A stretch of DNA of 64,000 nt from Neoechinorhynchus agilis. Its lineage: Eukaryota; Animalia; Acanthocephala. Shown here piece by piece: positions 23,570-35,600 of the stretch. The notes beneath the pieces were generated by a model. It was not told where the DNA came from, searched no databases, and was given only the letters and a program-made list of their open reading frames with translations. Positions within the stretch are counted from its first letter, which is position 1. Every line of letters begins with the position of its first letter. A program made the translations under genes and the position numbers. Where the stretch lies: assembly GCA_051530055.1 (NCBI GenBank), contig CM121343.1:2264389-2328388 (forward strand). Reading direction: 5' to 3'.

Positions 23570-24400
23570 AAAATAACATTTTGCGATAACAGCCGAAGAG
23601 ACCACCTAAATTGCGGAGACGTTTGCGGACGTCGCAACAAATCCGCATGCCCCATCGCGTTTCCTCACTACGACTACCAATGTCGCCCAGCTCACATCAT
23701 CCTTGCTGAGATCGACACTTTCGAGAACCCCACAACTAATCAAACGTTGTATCTCTTAAACCACCTTGTCTACAAAGGTTAGTGGTATTCTGCAACTGTT
23801 GAACTTACACGGATTTGCATTTTTGTCTACGTTGATCGATTCCTGACTACCACGAATAAAAGCGTTTCCTTCATTGAATATTTCACCTGCATTCCCAATC
23901 ACTGTGTACAGATCACTTCTCTCGTCGACCATCTCGATGTCGTCTTATTGGGGCCATCTGATACCGAACTCGAACATCCAATGTCACTTGAATATCGATT
24001 TGTCTTTACCAATCATCATTGTTCCCTTCATACGTACTGTCTTCTTGGCTAACGATACTTTAACAAAGAATCTCCCATCGTTCTCACTCTTCCCTCTTTA
24101 AAGGTGCATAATTATCGGTTTTTACTGAGTGATGGTGAACCTATTTCTTTCCAAATATCGCTAGAAATAAATGACGCGGCAGCTAGGTGTCGTACTCCAT
24201 CGCCAATCTTCGGCTATTTATGCAAACAACAATCTCTGGATTAGTACCCGCAGTTCGTACTTGGTTGATCATATTGTTTATCGCTCCTATCTATCATTGT
24301 TTGCCTCTTCATCCTCAATGTTATGTATTTGCTGTTTATTCCAACAGCATCGTTGCAAATGACCAATGCGTTCACATTTGAAGCATTTCATTTTCCGAGC
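23570..24400 (-). mobile_element. Degenerate Ty3/gypsy gag-pol fragment
   Basis: Hand translation of the minus strand: CFKCERIGHLQRCC (CX2CX4HX4C knuckle), MEYDT/AASFISSDIW (protease-like), CRIPLTFVDKVV*EIQRLISCGVLESV...SWATLVVVVRKRDG/MRICCDVRK (RT start). Confidence 0.7.
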
Positions 24401-25099
24401 GGAAACTTTAATTGGTGGAGTTCCCCTTATCCATCAACTTTGAAGCGTGAGTCATCATCACAATTGCATTAGCGATTTTCAATACTTATTCTAAAGACCA
24501 ATCATCAATCTTTAATTTTTTCATATGTACTTCTGAATACATTGTGAGCGCTACTACCAAACCCCGTAACCGGTTATCGATCGCCGATTTTCGTAGTTAA
24601 TATCCTTCGTAAAAGAACGCGCCGACTCGCTAATCATCTACCATCTGCCAAAAACTGTGAGTTGTGATTGACCCGCTCTCATTCCATTTTCCTTGAAAAC
24701 ACACCTCCCTGCTATTACATGTCTTGGTCTACCATAGTAACTGATCAATGTTGTAAGTCCTCATCGTTTACCCGTGGCTCGAATTTTAACAGCAGTTGAA
24801 GGTCGTGCTTGGGTTTCTTTTACGAACTCAAACCGATACACCGAACATATAGGTAAGAATAACAACGGAAAAGGTTATATGAGGCTGAAATCAGCATTAA
24901 AATTTATCAAGAAAAAGTTATTTAATTTGAAATAAATTGATGGCGTCGTCTTATTCCAATTTGTTGCATTTCAATCAATCTACTATTTTGTTCGATCAAA
25001 ATGAGCCCGCAGTAGTCTCTACTTGTTCTTGTGTGAACAAGGAAACCAATAATCGTAATTACCAACAAATTATAATGGTGCCTGCAGGTTGCAACAACC

Positions 25100-25965
25100 A
25101 ATAACCTCCTTTGTTTCCGATTTCGAAACCTGATGAAAACAAGGTTATGGACCGCATTGTCAAGGGATGTTGATCTCTCTATGTTACCGGCGATGTATGT
25201 GGCGATTTATAGTTGGTTGAAGTGTATGCAGCCTCGTACCGCAAAAAGTTGATTCTTGATCCTGGACGATCTTCATTACATGTTATAGAGTTGAGAAAGT
25301 AGATATACGATAACGTAATGGGATCAATCCGAATTGTGGAATTGTTTTCGGCTTGAAATTCGGCAACGTTGAGAAAGTAGATATACGATAACGTAATGGG
25401 ATCAATCCGAATTGTGGAATTGTTTTCGGCTTGAAATTCGGCAACGTTGAGAAAGTAGATATACGATAACGTAATGGGATCAATCCGAATTGTGGAATTG
25501 TTTTCGGCTTGAAATTCGGCAACGTTGAGAAAGTAGATATACGATAACGTAATGGGATCAATCCGAATTGTGGAATTGTTTTCGGCTTGAAATTCGGTAA
25601 CTCTATCGCCCTCGAACAATGCGATCCGGCCTTTAGACCAAACCTCGAACATCCACACTGGAGACCTGCAATGTGGTACAATTGCCCAAAGGATAGCTGT
25701 AATGCATCCTACATTGGCTACACTAAATGCAAATTGACGGACAGGATAAGGCAACACAGGAACCAAACAAGTGCGATACATAAGCATATAAACGATGAGC
25801 ATGGGGGCGTCGATCAAACTTTAAAACCTAATACAAGATCCTCCATAAGGACAATGAGACCACAAGACTAAGACTGGCTGCGGTAATGATTATCCATCAT
25901 GACAGACTCTCAATAAACGTCAAATATAATGAGATGTTCAGTGGTCTCAGATTGTATAGTCAACT
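25100..25965 (+). mobile_element. Penelope-like element 3' fragment (GIY-YIG), interrupted by a 78-bp tandem array
   Basis: YNCPKDSCNASYIGYTKCKLTDRIRQH...SAIHKH. Confidence 0.7.
25290..25601. repeat. Tandem repeat, 78 bp x 4
   Basis: Units start at 25290, 25368, 25446 and 25524; identical except ggcaac>ggtaac in the last. Confidence 0.97.
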
Positions 25966-25979
25966 GTGATGACGACACA

Positions 25980-27790
25980 CGGTTTCAAGCGCCGGCATCG
26001 CTCCCCTACCAGACAAGGTGAAGATCATCCGCGAGTATCCTAAGCCCTTAACGATGATCGAGCTACAGCGGTTCCTGGGGATGGTCAACTACTACCATCG
26101 TTTCCTTCCTCAAGCCGCCAAGATCATGGTCCCTCTCCACAGAGTTCTGGACGTCCATCCCAAGGCAAAGAACAACATCGTCCCGTGGGATTTAGAATCG
26201 TCGCAGGCCTTCCAAAACACCACGGAGCTACTGGCACATGCGGCCCTCCTTGCTCACCCCAACGCAGAAGCAGCGCTCGCCATCATCACTGATGCCTCGG
26301 ACCTGGCAGTCGGCGCAGCCCTCCAGCAACGGAAACAAGGTGGTACCTGGCAGCCCCTCTCCTTCTTCAGCAGAAAGCTGCGTGACGCCGAGACAAGGTA
26401 CAGCACCTACGATAAAGAGCTTTTGGCCGTTTTTCTTGCGGTCAAACACTTTCTCCCCCAAGTCGAGGGACGCGAGTTCACGATTTTCACCGACCACAAG
26501 CCGCTCACATTCAGCTTGGCAAAAAAGACCACTCCGATCTTAGCCCGTCAACAGCGGCACCTTGCGTTCATCGCAGAGTACACCTCTGACATACGCCACG
26601 TATCCGGTCAAGACAACGTAGCCGCGGACTCTCTCTCCCGCGCCCCAGTAGTATCCGGCGTCTCTTTGGGTATCGACTACGAACGATTGGCCGCGGACCA
26701 GGAGGCCGACGACGAGTACATTACCTGTCAGAAAGCCTGTCCTGCACTCCGCTGGGAGAAAATCGAACTCTCATCTGAAGGACCGAAACTGCTCTGCGAC
26801 GTCTCCACAAACCAGCCCAGGCCATGGCTTCCACTTGCCTGGCGCAGCCGGGTCTTTCACCTCATCCACGACACTGCGCACCCCGGAGCCAACGGAACAA
26901 TCAAGCTCATCTCCAAGCGGTTCGTATGGCATGGCATGGCAAAAGACGTCCGCCAATGGTCGAAGGTCTGTGTCTCCTGCCAGCGGTCCAAAATCCATAG
27001 ACATGTAAAGAGCGACCTCTCTGCATTCCAACTACCAGCCACCCGCTTCGCACAAGTTCACGTAGACTTGATTGGACCCCTTCCATCCTCCAACGGATTT
27101 CAATACCTACTAACCATGGTCGACCGATACACGCGGTGGCCCGAAGCCGTTCCAGTGAGCGACATAACTGCAGAGACCTGCGCAAAGGCATTCCTCGGCG
27201 CCTGGGTTGCTCGGTTCGGTGTACCGAGTCATATTACCTCCGACAGAGGAAACCAATTCACCTCCGGTATCTGGACACACCTTGGCGAGGCCCTCGGAGT
27301 AGACGTCCACCGTACGACCGCCTACCACCCGCAAGCCAACGGCATGGTGGAACGTTTCCACCGACAGCTCAAATCCTCACTCACGGCTCGCCTCTCATCA
27401 TCGGCGTGGGCCAGGGACCTGCCTTGGGTCCTATTAGAACTCAGGACCTTGCCCAAGGAAGACCTCGGTTGTTCCCCGGCGGAAGCAGTCTACGGATCAA
27501 CACTGCGACTACCTGGAGAGTTCGTTCAGGACGCTGCATCGGAGATACCCAGCCTCCGTTTAGCACAACTCAGAGACAAGCTAATAGATTTAATGCCCGC
27601 GCCTCCCAGGTGGACCAAGAAGGCCAACAGCAATCACCCTACCAGAATGCCAGCTTCCCTTGATAATGCAAAATTTGTGTTTGTCAGGGTCGACACAGTC
27701 AAGCCCCCGCTATCTTGTCAGTATGATGGCCCGTAGAGGGTCCTACAGACCGGTGCCAAGACGTTCAAGATCCAGATCAACGGGTGGGAG
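25980..27790 (+). mobile_element. Ty3/gypsy pol 3' half: RNase H and integrase (ORF 26018-27736, 572 aa)
   Basis: TDASDLAVGAALQQ, YSTYDKELLAV, FTDHKPL, HDTAHPG...CVSC zinc motif, VHVDLIGP, SDRGNQFTS, NGMVERFHR; no LTR recognised. Confidence 0.95.
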
Positions 27791-28139
27791 TGTGTGTATA
27801 TGTTTTTACTGGTATGTAAATTCTATTCAAGAATAGTACTTGGCAAAATAACTGAGGATGGAAAATATATCTTCAACAATTTTGAATTTGATAAAATAAA
27901 GAATTTTATGATTTGTCGTAAATTTCTTGACCCTTGAAACGAACCAGGTCTCTCGCATGGTCAACGTGCGGCATTGAAGTCGATCAAAGAAGTGTCCCAA
28001 AAGAAGTCGCTAAGGGTGATGGTTAGAGTGATAAAGGTGGCAAATTGGTTGTGGCAAGAAAGCGATATCAAGGCTAGGCCAATTCACTATGCCGAGGTAA
28101 GTGCGAAACTAGATAATGACGGCGAACACGCGGAAAATC

Positions 28140-29195
28140 ACACCGACCGAATGCTGCAATTATCGCCCAGAAAGACTGTGTCACACACGCTAAAATTATT
28201 GGAGCGTATTATCGACAGTCGCATTCGTGAAATCGTTAACATCTCCATTGACCAGGCCGGATTCATCAAGGGATGTTGAACGATCAATGCGATCCATACT
28301 ACGCATCTATTGATGGAAAAACATCGAGAAAAAAAACAGGCATCTCCATACTGCCTTTTTGGATCTGGAGAAAGCTTTAGGCCGCGTCATGAGCTTATTT
28401 GGTACGCACTCCGTGAATTCCTTGAATCTCGGTTCCTGTGAAACACCTGTTTGATTTTTCTTCACTTAAAAAACATCGAACGATAGAACGAAATTAACAA
28501 AGTTGACACAAGAATGGAGTGATAGACTTGCGAGGCGGCATGAGCTACGGGTAAACCGATGAAAACGATCTGGCAACTATTTCCATCAATGAGAAACATA
28601 TCAAACTGGTGAACAAGTTCAAATACTTAGACTCGGTAATTTCTGATGATGATCTCGAATGCGAGCTGTCCGCGAGAATATCAGCCGCCTGGACCAAATG
28701 GGGTGTCCTTTGTGATCGTCGAATAAAGGACTGTTTGAAGTCCAAGGTTTACCGAACAGTGATCGGACCCGTAGCCTTATACGGCGCAGAGTGTTGGCCG
28801 ATAAAGCAGCATACCGAATGTCGACTAGCTGTCGTGGAAACAAGAATGATAAGATGGATCGGTGGTTTCACCCTCAAGGATCACGTCCGAAATGAAGAAA
28901 TTCGGAATCGATATGGAGTAGCACCCATCACCAGTAAAATGCAGCAAGCACGCCTACGATGATTTGGTCAAGTAATGAAGGCGAACACAGGCTCAATCGC
29001 CAAAACTGGTCAAGAATTCACCGTCGAAAGAAAGAGACCGAAAGGACGCCCGAAACAGCGACGGCTCGACATAATGCTCACTTGAACCAAAAAGGCCTGC
29101 GGTCGGATGCATATCCCTTGACCGCGTGAAGTGGAGAGCATGCGTGAATTAGGCCGACCCTGCCGTAGTGCGGGAAATCACCTAAGAACAACAAC
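28140..29195 (+). mobile_element. RTE-clade LINE fragment, internally deleted
   Basis: SHTLKLLERIIDSRIR...QAGFIKG, AFLDLEKA, FKYLDSVI, LYGAECW, DHVRNEEIR, RKRPKGRPKQR. Confidence 0.85.
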
Positions 29196-31049
29196 CGTAA
29201 TTCCATGAAAAAATTGAAAGACCGATTACCTTTTTAATTGAACCTGAATAACTTCTCATTTTAAGAAGTAGAAATGCTCGAGCTCATTTCAAATCACTTG
29301 GAAGAGCACATCGACAACGTTCCACAAAAACGGTGAAACGAAACGCGCACTCAATTCGACGTTGAGAAAACCTTTTAAATACGGAAGAAGCACGGTTTTA
29401 ATTTTTGCGTAGATCGTATTACGTCGACATATTCATTTATTGCCAACGAATTACAAAAGTTCCACATAATAAAATGTATTTGAGGCTGAAAGAGTTGCTT
29501 ACATTGTACAAGCATTGTTTTTTGAAATCTTTTTTAAATTCTTATTTTGAGTGTCTACGATTGATCGAAAAGCAGAAAGTACTTAAAACTAAAGAAGGTT
29601 TCAAAAAATTCGAATTGTTAGGCTGAAGCAAGCTGTTAAATTTTACTTTACTATTGATGTTGTGAAGTATTAAATAACCGCAAGCTCAAAATAAAAATTA
29701 AATGTTTTTGGTCTTTTGCTTACACCCCGCGCTGATATACTCATAGAAATTGGCTTTATTTTAGTAACTTTGACTTCTTCAATACTCAGCGATAGACTAA
29801 CTTTTAAAGATCTTCGTTCAGTCGTACAGCAATCGATTGCCAAATAATATTCTTTTTCTTGGCCGGCCAACAAGTGCAATTTATAAACAATTTGGATTTC
29901 CTGAATTCTGTACACAATCAATTGATCGAAAGTTTTGTCAATTAAGATTTGCTCTTTATAAGTGTAACAATCAAAAAGAAATAATTTGTAGAATTGGAAG
30001 AAATACCGGCGTGAAAAAGCATTTGGTACTGTTGATTTCGGATAAAAACGTAATTCTTACGATAATTCAAACGGACAATGTCGCCACAGAATGCACAGTA
30101 AATATCCTGAAGACCGCATGAGAGTCTTCGGGTTTTATCACTTTATTTAATCCTCCAAATCGAAACCAATTTACATCTCGATAAATAATGATCGCATTTT
30201 TATTTGAATCGAGTAAGTATAATCAGCAAATCGCCACGTTTAAAGCAGAATCATATTTATTGAAAATGTCTATCGGCCTCAGCGAAAAATCAAATTAAAT
30301 AACTTTTTCTTGATAAATTTTAGTGTTGATTTCAGCTGCATATAACTTTTTCGGTTGCTATTCTCACTTATACGTTAGGTGTATCGGTTTGAGTTCGTAA
30401 AAGAAACCCAAGCACGGCTTTCAACTGCTGTTAAAACCCGAGCCACGGGTAAGCGATAAGGACTCGCAACATTAGCCAAGTGGATGGTGTTGATTTCCAA
30501 GCAATCGAGAACTTCAACTGTATCACTGGTTTTCGTAGAACGGCAACATGACTAAAAACTTCCCACTCGACTGCACTTGAAACGGGTCATTTTCCTTGCT
30601 GGGTATGAATACCGGTTGTGTTATGTTCTATATCTCTTACATCGTCTTTGGATGTCCCTAGAATCCGCAAAACGTACGGCTGTTGCTGTGAAAGTTGATC
30701 GATACTCATCGCTTTCAGACACACGTTTGTTTTCTCCACTGGAAAATTCTTTTCGGGTTGCGGATTGACCACCTTATATGTCCGTGTTGTATCTTGAAGC
30801 ACCTCAAACATGTAGCAAACTTTTGATAACATCATACAACAAGAGGGATACCACTGACAAAATCTTGTCTCGAACTTCGTTGTGTGAAGTCTTCATTATT
30901 ATCTGATCTCCGATTCAATAATAATAACAATACGTTTTATTGCTGCACAAAGAAGAAGAGGACCCATGCACCTTTGTATCTTCATAAACACTCGAGTTCT
31001 GATTGGATAATAATCTGGCTATTTCCAAAAAGAACGTTAATTTGTTTGT

Positions 31050-31310
31050 TCTGATACAATCACCACCGTCCGCAAAAATCTTAGCTTTTCTCTTTCCTCG
31101 GCTGTCGCTATCACGCTAGCAGCATTGCCTCGTTGTACTGCGAGCGAGATATTTTGTCGCAGGAATACACCTGCTCGTCCGTCGCCGGTCGTTTCTCTCA
31201 ATTTCTTTAAGAGATTCTGGAGCGGAGTGAGTGCTGAGCTGCCAAGCAGTCCATACGCCTCTAATCCGAAGGGGACAAAATAGTGGGTCCTTGCTAAAAT
31301 CTGGCTATTA
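31050..31310 (-). mobile_element. CRE-type 3' fragment
   Basis: Hand translation THYFVPFGLEAYGLLGSSAL...RAGVFLRQNISLAVQRGNAASV. Confidence 0.85.
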
Positions 31311-31329
31311 ATTTTGGAGTGGATTACGA

Positions 31330-32345
31330 ATCCGGGTGGGTGAGAATATCTGGTCTGGTTGGAAGCTCCGTTCTGGTGGGAATTGATGTTTATTGTTTGC
31401 AGGAGCGCTTGTAAGGTTGGTCTTTCCTTAGAATCATTTCAGGTTATAATACCCGAGAAAATTGGGCAGCATGGAAAAAGGAGAGTAGTTATAGGGAGGT
31501 GCGAGGTAATGGAGGATGAAACGAATTAGGATTACGAGTGTTGTGTTCCTGTGGAAAGAGGAATAAAATGTGGTGGTAGGGTTTAGAGGCGTTTTGTTTG
31601 TTTTAAAATCAGCTGTGTAAATTTTAGATGTTCTTTTATGAAACATTTAAAGACGGCGGATTTGAGATTTGGATGGGTTGCAAAAGACGGGATAACAGTA
31701 GGTGAGGGAGGGTAAAATAAAGATAGAGTAAATCATGAAGAGAAAGGGCGAGGCGATTCCCAAATGTCGGAGGCGTTGCATAAAATTTGGCCCGGAAGCC
31801 CAATTGTTGGAGCGATAACTTTTCGTTGAGAAGTGAAAGAAGGCGAGATTTAAAACATTTTTCGATGATTTTTGAAAGAGCACTTAGAATGGAAATTGGA
31901 CGGAATGATTCGGCCGAAATAGGATGCCCTTTTTTAGAACGAGTATAACTTTGGCAGTTTTCAGGCATCGGGGGTAGATGCCATATAAAAAGCTGTGGTT
32001 TATAATGTGGGTAAGAGTGTCTGTAAGTTCGGGGATGGTGTAGCGAAGAGCCCAGTTTGGGATTTCGGATTGAGAGGACGAATTTCGAGGTAATTTCTTG
32101 AGATACAGTAGTACTTCGTATGATGAAACTAAGGAGAGCATCGTCGAGTTGACAAAAGTTTTAGACGTAGGCGTGAAACATTGTGTGGTGTCTGATGTGG
32201 CGCAGTGATTGTAATTTGAGTCTAAGCAAAAGTTCTGATTGATGGAGTCTAGAACCTGTTTTAATTCAGAAGAGGTCAAATTTGGGAAGGGATCAAGGTC
32301 GCATAGACCAGGAGAGTACGAATTTTGGAGAAAAGAAAACCCCTT
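31330..32345 (-). mobile_element. CR1/L2-group LINE (family L) fragment, RT core deleted; a further family-L 3' UTR piece at about 32450-32645 (+)
   Basis: FRPISILSALSKIIEKCFK..QQLGFR joined to LPSLTYCYPVFCN..SQIRRL. Confidence 0.8.
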
Positions 32346-32656
32346 TTCACACGAGCGGAACACTCGTAATCCTAATCCGTTTCATCTTTATATACCTCGC
32401 ACAACGCTCCTTTTTCTATGCTGTTCAATCTTCTCGGGTATCATAACATGAAATGAAACTGAGGAAACACCAACCTTACAAGCCCTCCTGCAAACAATAA
32501 ACACCAATTCACACCATAATGGACCTTCCAACCCAACCGGATATTCTCAATCGAACGGACACATTCACCCCCGACCAGATATTACCATCCGAACGGGCAT
32601 CCCTCGACTGGATATCAACATCCTAACGGATACGCATTTTTTGAACAATTGTGAAC

Positions 32657-35600
32657 GAACAAAAATTCAACTGCTTAAAGCCTCACTGAAAAAGGCATCC
32701 GGCTATATTGCCGATCGACGTTGTTGAATTATAAATCAAGGAATTAGATCATTGACTTAATTGCAATCAGATTCTCTGTTGAGATCGAAATTGCCTTAAT
32801 AATATAATTCGCAATGACAATTGTGTTGAACTCGAGTGAAATTAGACACTCAAAATAGATGGATTAATGGGTTTAAACTCAGAATAAAGTCACCCTGACA
32901 TATTTTTTAGATCTTAAAAAGTCCGACGAGACGGACGAAATATTGTAAATGGGAAATAATAAATCTCTATACCATCAAACAAAATATATCCATGAACAAC
33001 ACCTTATATTTAATTTAAATGTAGGGGAAATGGAGAATTTGTACATGAAACCATTGCGGAACAGTACAAAGTTTGTGATGAAGGGATTCAGAATTAATAT
33101 TTTAGCATCGCTTGTTGCCGACGTTTCTAGTATGCATTGTTAGGCTTTGAGAAATGCAGAAATCGCCTTTGTCCAAGAAAAGTCTCTCACATTCCATAGA
33201 GCTTGACAAAATACATCCCGCAATTACGAGAAATGGGATCATGGATTTTCCCTTTGGTGATTTAAAAAAGCTTCCGTTGAAATATATCCGATCGATTATA
33301 AACGGTACGAACTCTCACGAAATTAAATTGCTCCTCTGCCTACGTTTGAGGCTATCGAAGACTCCGTATACTTTGATGTTTGATTCTTGTGTGAACATTT
33401 TAAAATTAAATCAATGGCGGTTTCCCCACCCCTTCATTCAGCGTTATTACCAGCTCTGAAATAATCAACATTTCAATGCTTGTACACGGTTTTCTTTTCT
33501 TATAACAAGAGAGTGTCTTCCCAGCGCCTCAGTTCGTTTCTAACCAAATATTGTAACCGATTACCGTCTTACAATACGAAGGCCAGAATCTTTTATATTA
33601 CATCGAAACTGGTTTCGTTTTACAGTCGAGAATTGCACTTATCTAAAGCTCGAGGGACTCGAGGAGTTGAACGAATTATGGGCATCTATAATTGGCAGTG
33701 TAGGGTCAATCTAAAATAACTATGACTCGCTCGTCAACAGCCATCTTAGGAATGTTCGAAATAACCGCCTTATCCGAATCAGACCTTCAGAAACACTACA
33801 TTCATCACCTTAACATCGTCTGTCGATGACTCTCTCCAGGATCCTTCGCTCTCCTTCCTTGCCTGTCTCCTAACAAAAACTCTAACAGCTCCCGTTCTTG
33901 TCTAATCAAAATCACTTTTCATATGCCAAACAATGCATTCTCCTTCCTTCAAAAACGCTTCTTGTCAATTATAATAATAACACTTTTTATTACCATTCCG
34001 AATCTACCCAGACTGGTCACTTCGGACTTTGAACTCCGTCAATCATTCATTTATTCACAACCGTCTTCTCCCTCCTGCCAATAACTAAACAATAGCAAAA
34101 ACTATCCTCCGATGATGAAGAACCGGACGAAGTTCAAAAAGTCTTTAATAAAAGGTTCTCTACCGGGCGAAGACCTAAACATCAAACTTAAAGATTGACC
34201 GAACTCTTCCTTCTGTGAAATCAGCACTCGAGGCGATTACTTATGGTACCGAAACATTTGGTCTTAACACTTTGGTGGCGTTATTTTTCATTATATAAAT
34301 ATAATAAATAAATATACCAATTGATTGCCAAGAATCTGCTTAATCCGCATGTAAAATGGCGAAGTCAATAATCAAATAGCTGGCAATGATAAAAGTCTCC
34401 CATGTAACACATTGCTAAAGATCCGATCAACAATATTCTATACATATTTTTATGTTTAAAACCAATATTTGCGTCATGTTTGCTTATTTGTAATTGGGAG
34501 AAACCGATCATTAGAACGACTAGGTAAAACGAATCGATCTTAGAATCATAACAGATAACGTACAATAACTATCGATAACTAAGGATGACTACGAAACAAA
34601 TAGCGACCAATCCATCATCATCATCATCAATTCTGCGAATTCCTAAACGGTGGATAAATACCACGTCGATGGGTTCGTCTCTCATTAGCGACCGCTTTAT
34701 CGTATTTAAGACTCCGTTATCGTCAAAATACGATTCGCTCATTCCTGAAAACAAGCGATTCACGCCTACCATTGCTGCTAATCGGATGCGCCAAATTGCC
34801 GGACATCGATCTATTGCCGGGATCATCAGTCTTATAAATAACGATCCATATTATGACAATAAAGAGTTTACGGAGTATTTAAATGTGCCGCACTTTTGTC
34901 TGCCCTGCGGTGGATATAAGGATTTCCCTAAAAAAGAAATCAAAAATCGATTCATTGAGATTTGCGATATCTTGCTAGAATCTAACCCGAATTCAGTCAT
35001 CGCAGTTCATTGTACACGCGGATACAATAAATCAGGATTTCTTGTTGCTTCGTATCTTATTGAAAAGATGAAAATGAAGTTGAGAAGTGCAATAGCGGAA
35101 TTTCGGCGATGCCGTGCCCCTGGAATTCAAGCTCCCCCGTTTATTCACGGCTTGAGATTGCGGTACTCAAGTTGGCGAACAGGAGTGTTATTGAAACGCA
35201 AAATAAATGTCAAAGATGTGACAATTACCGAGAACACGAAAGGGGCAGTTAGTACTGAAATGAGAACAAATTACGGATCGAGGCAGAAAGCAAATGACGA
35301 AAGCTTGTCAACTGATATCATTGACATTGATAGAAAGAAGATCGCTGGTGGACGAAAGCGTTGTATAAGTGATTCAGATGAGCAAAGGATACCGCTAAAG
35401 AGACGAGTTTCACAATCGTCTGGTGATAATCAAACTGAATCACATACTTCACTCACTACTCAATTAGTTAAAAACGAGTCAAAGCACCTCAAATCGAGAA
35501 AGAGATTAAAGGATGATATAGCCTCTTGTAAAAGATCGTCTCAAATCGCACAAATAACGGAATCGGCAAGCCGGGAACAGAGTCCATCTGCCAAAAGAGT

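Larger units (their letters stand above)
24747..30473. repeat. Pair of ~183-bp imperfect inverted repeats (24747-24930 and 30291-30473)
   Basis: acccgtggctcg..ttttaacagcagttgaa..cgtgcttgggtttcttttacgaactcaaaccgatacacc occurs forward and as its reverse complement. Confidence 0.85.

Noticed and set aside
25290-25601. CRISPR-like array (also considered for 52209-53990)
   Set aside because: Units are contiguous with no unique spacers, there are no cas genes, and the context is eukaryotic
25179-25817. 212-aa and 132-aa repeat-protein ORFs
   Set aside because: By-products of a 78-bp (26-codon) repeat on the strand opposite a Penelope fragment
25980-27900. Intact LTR retrotransposon
   Set aside because: No gag, protease or RT upstream and no paired LTRs; fragment only
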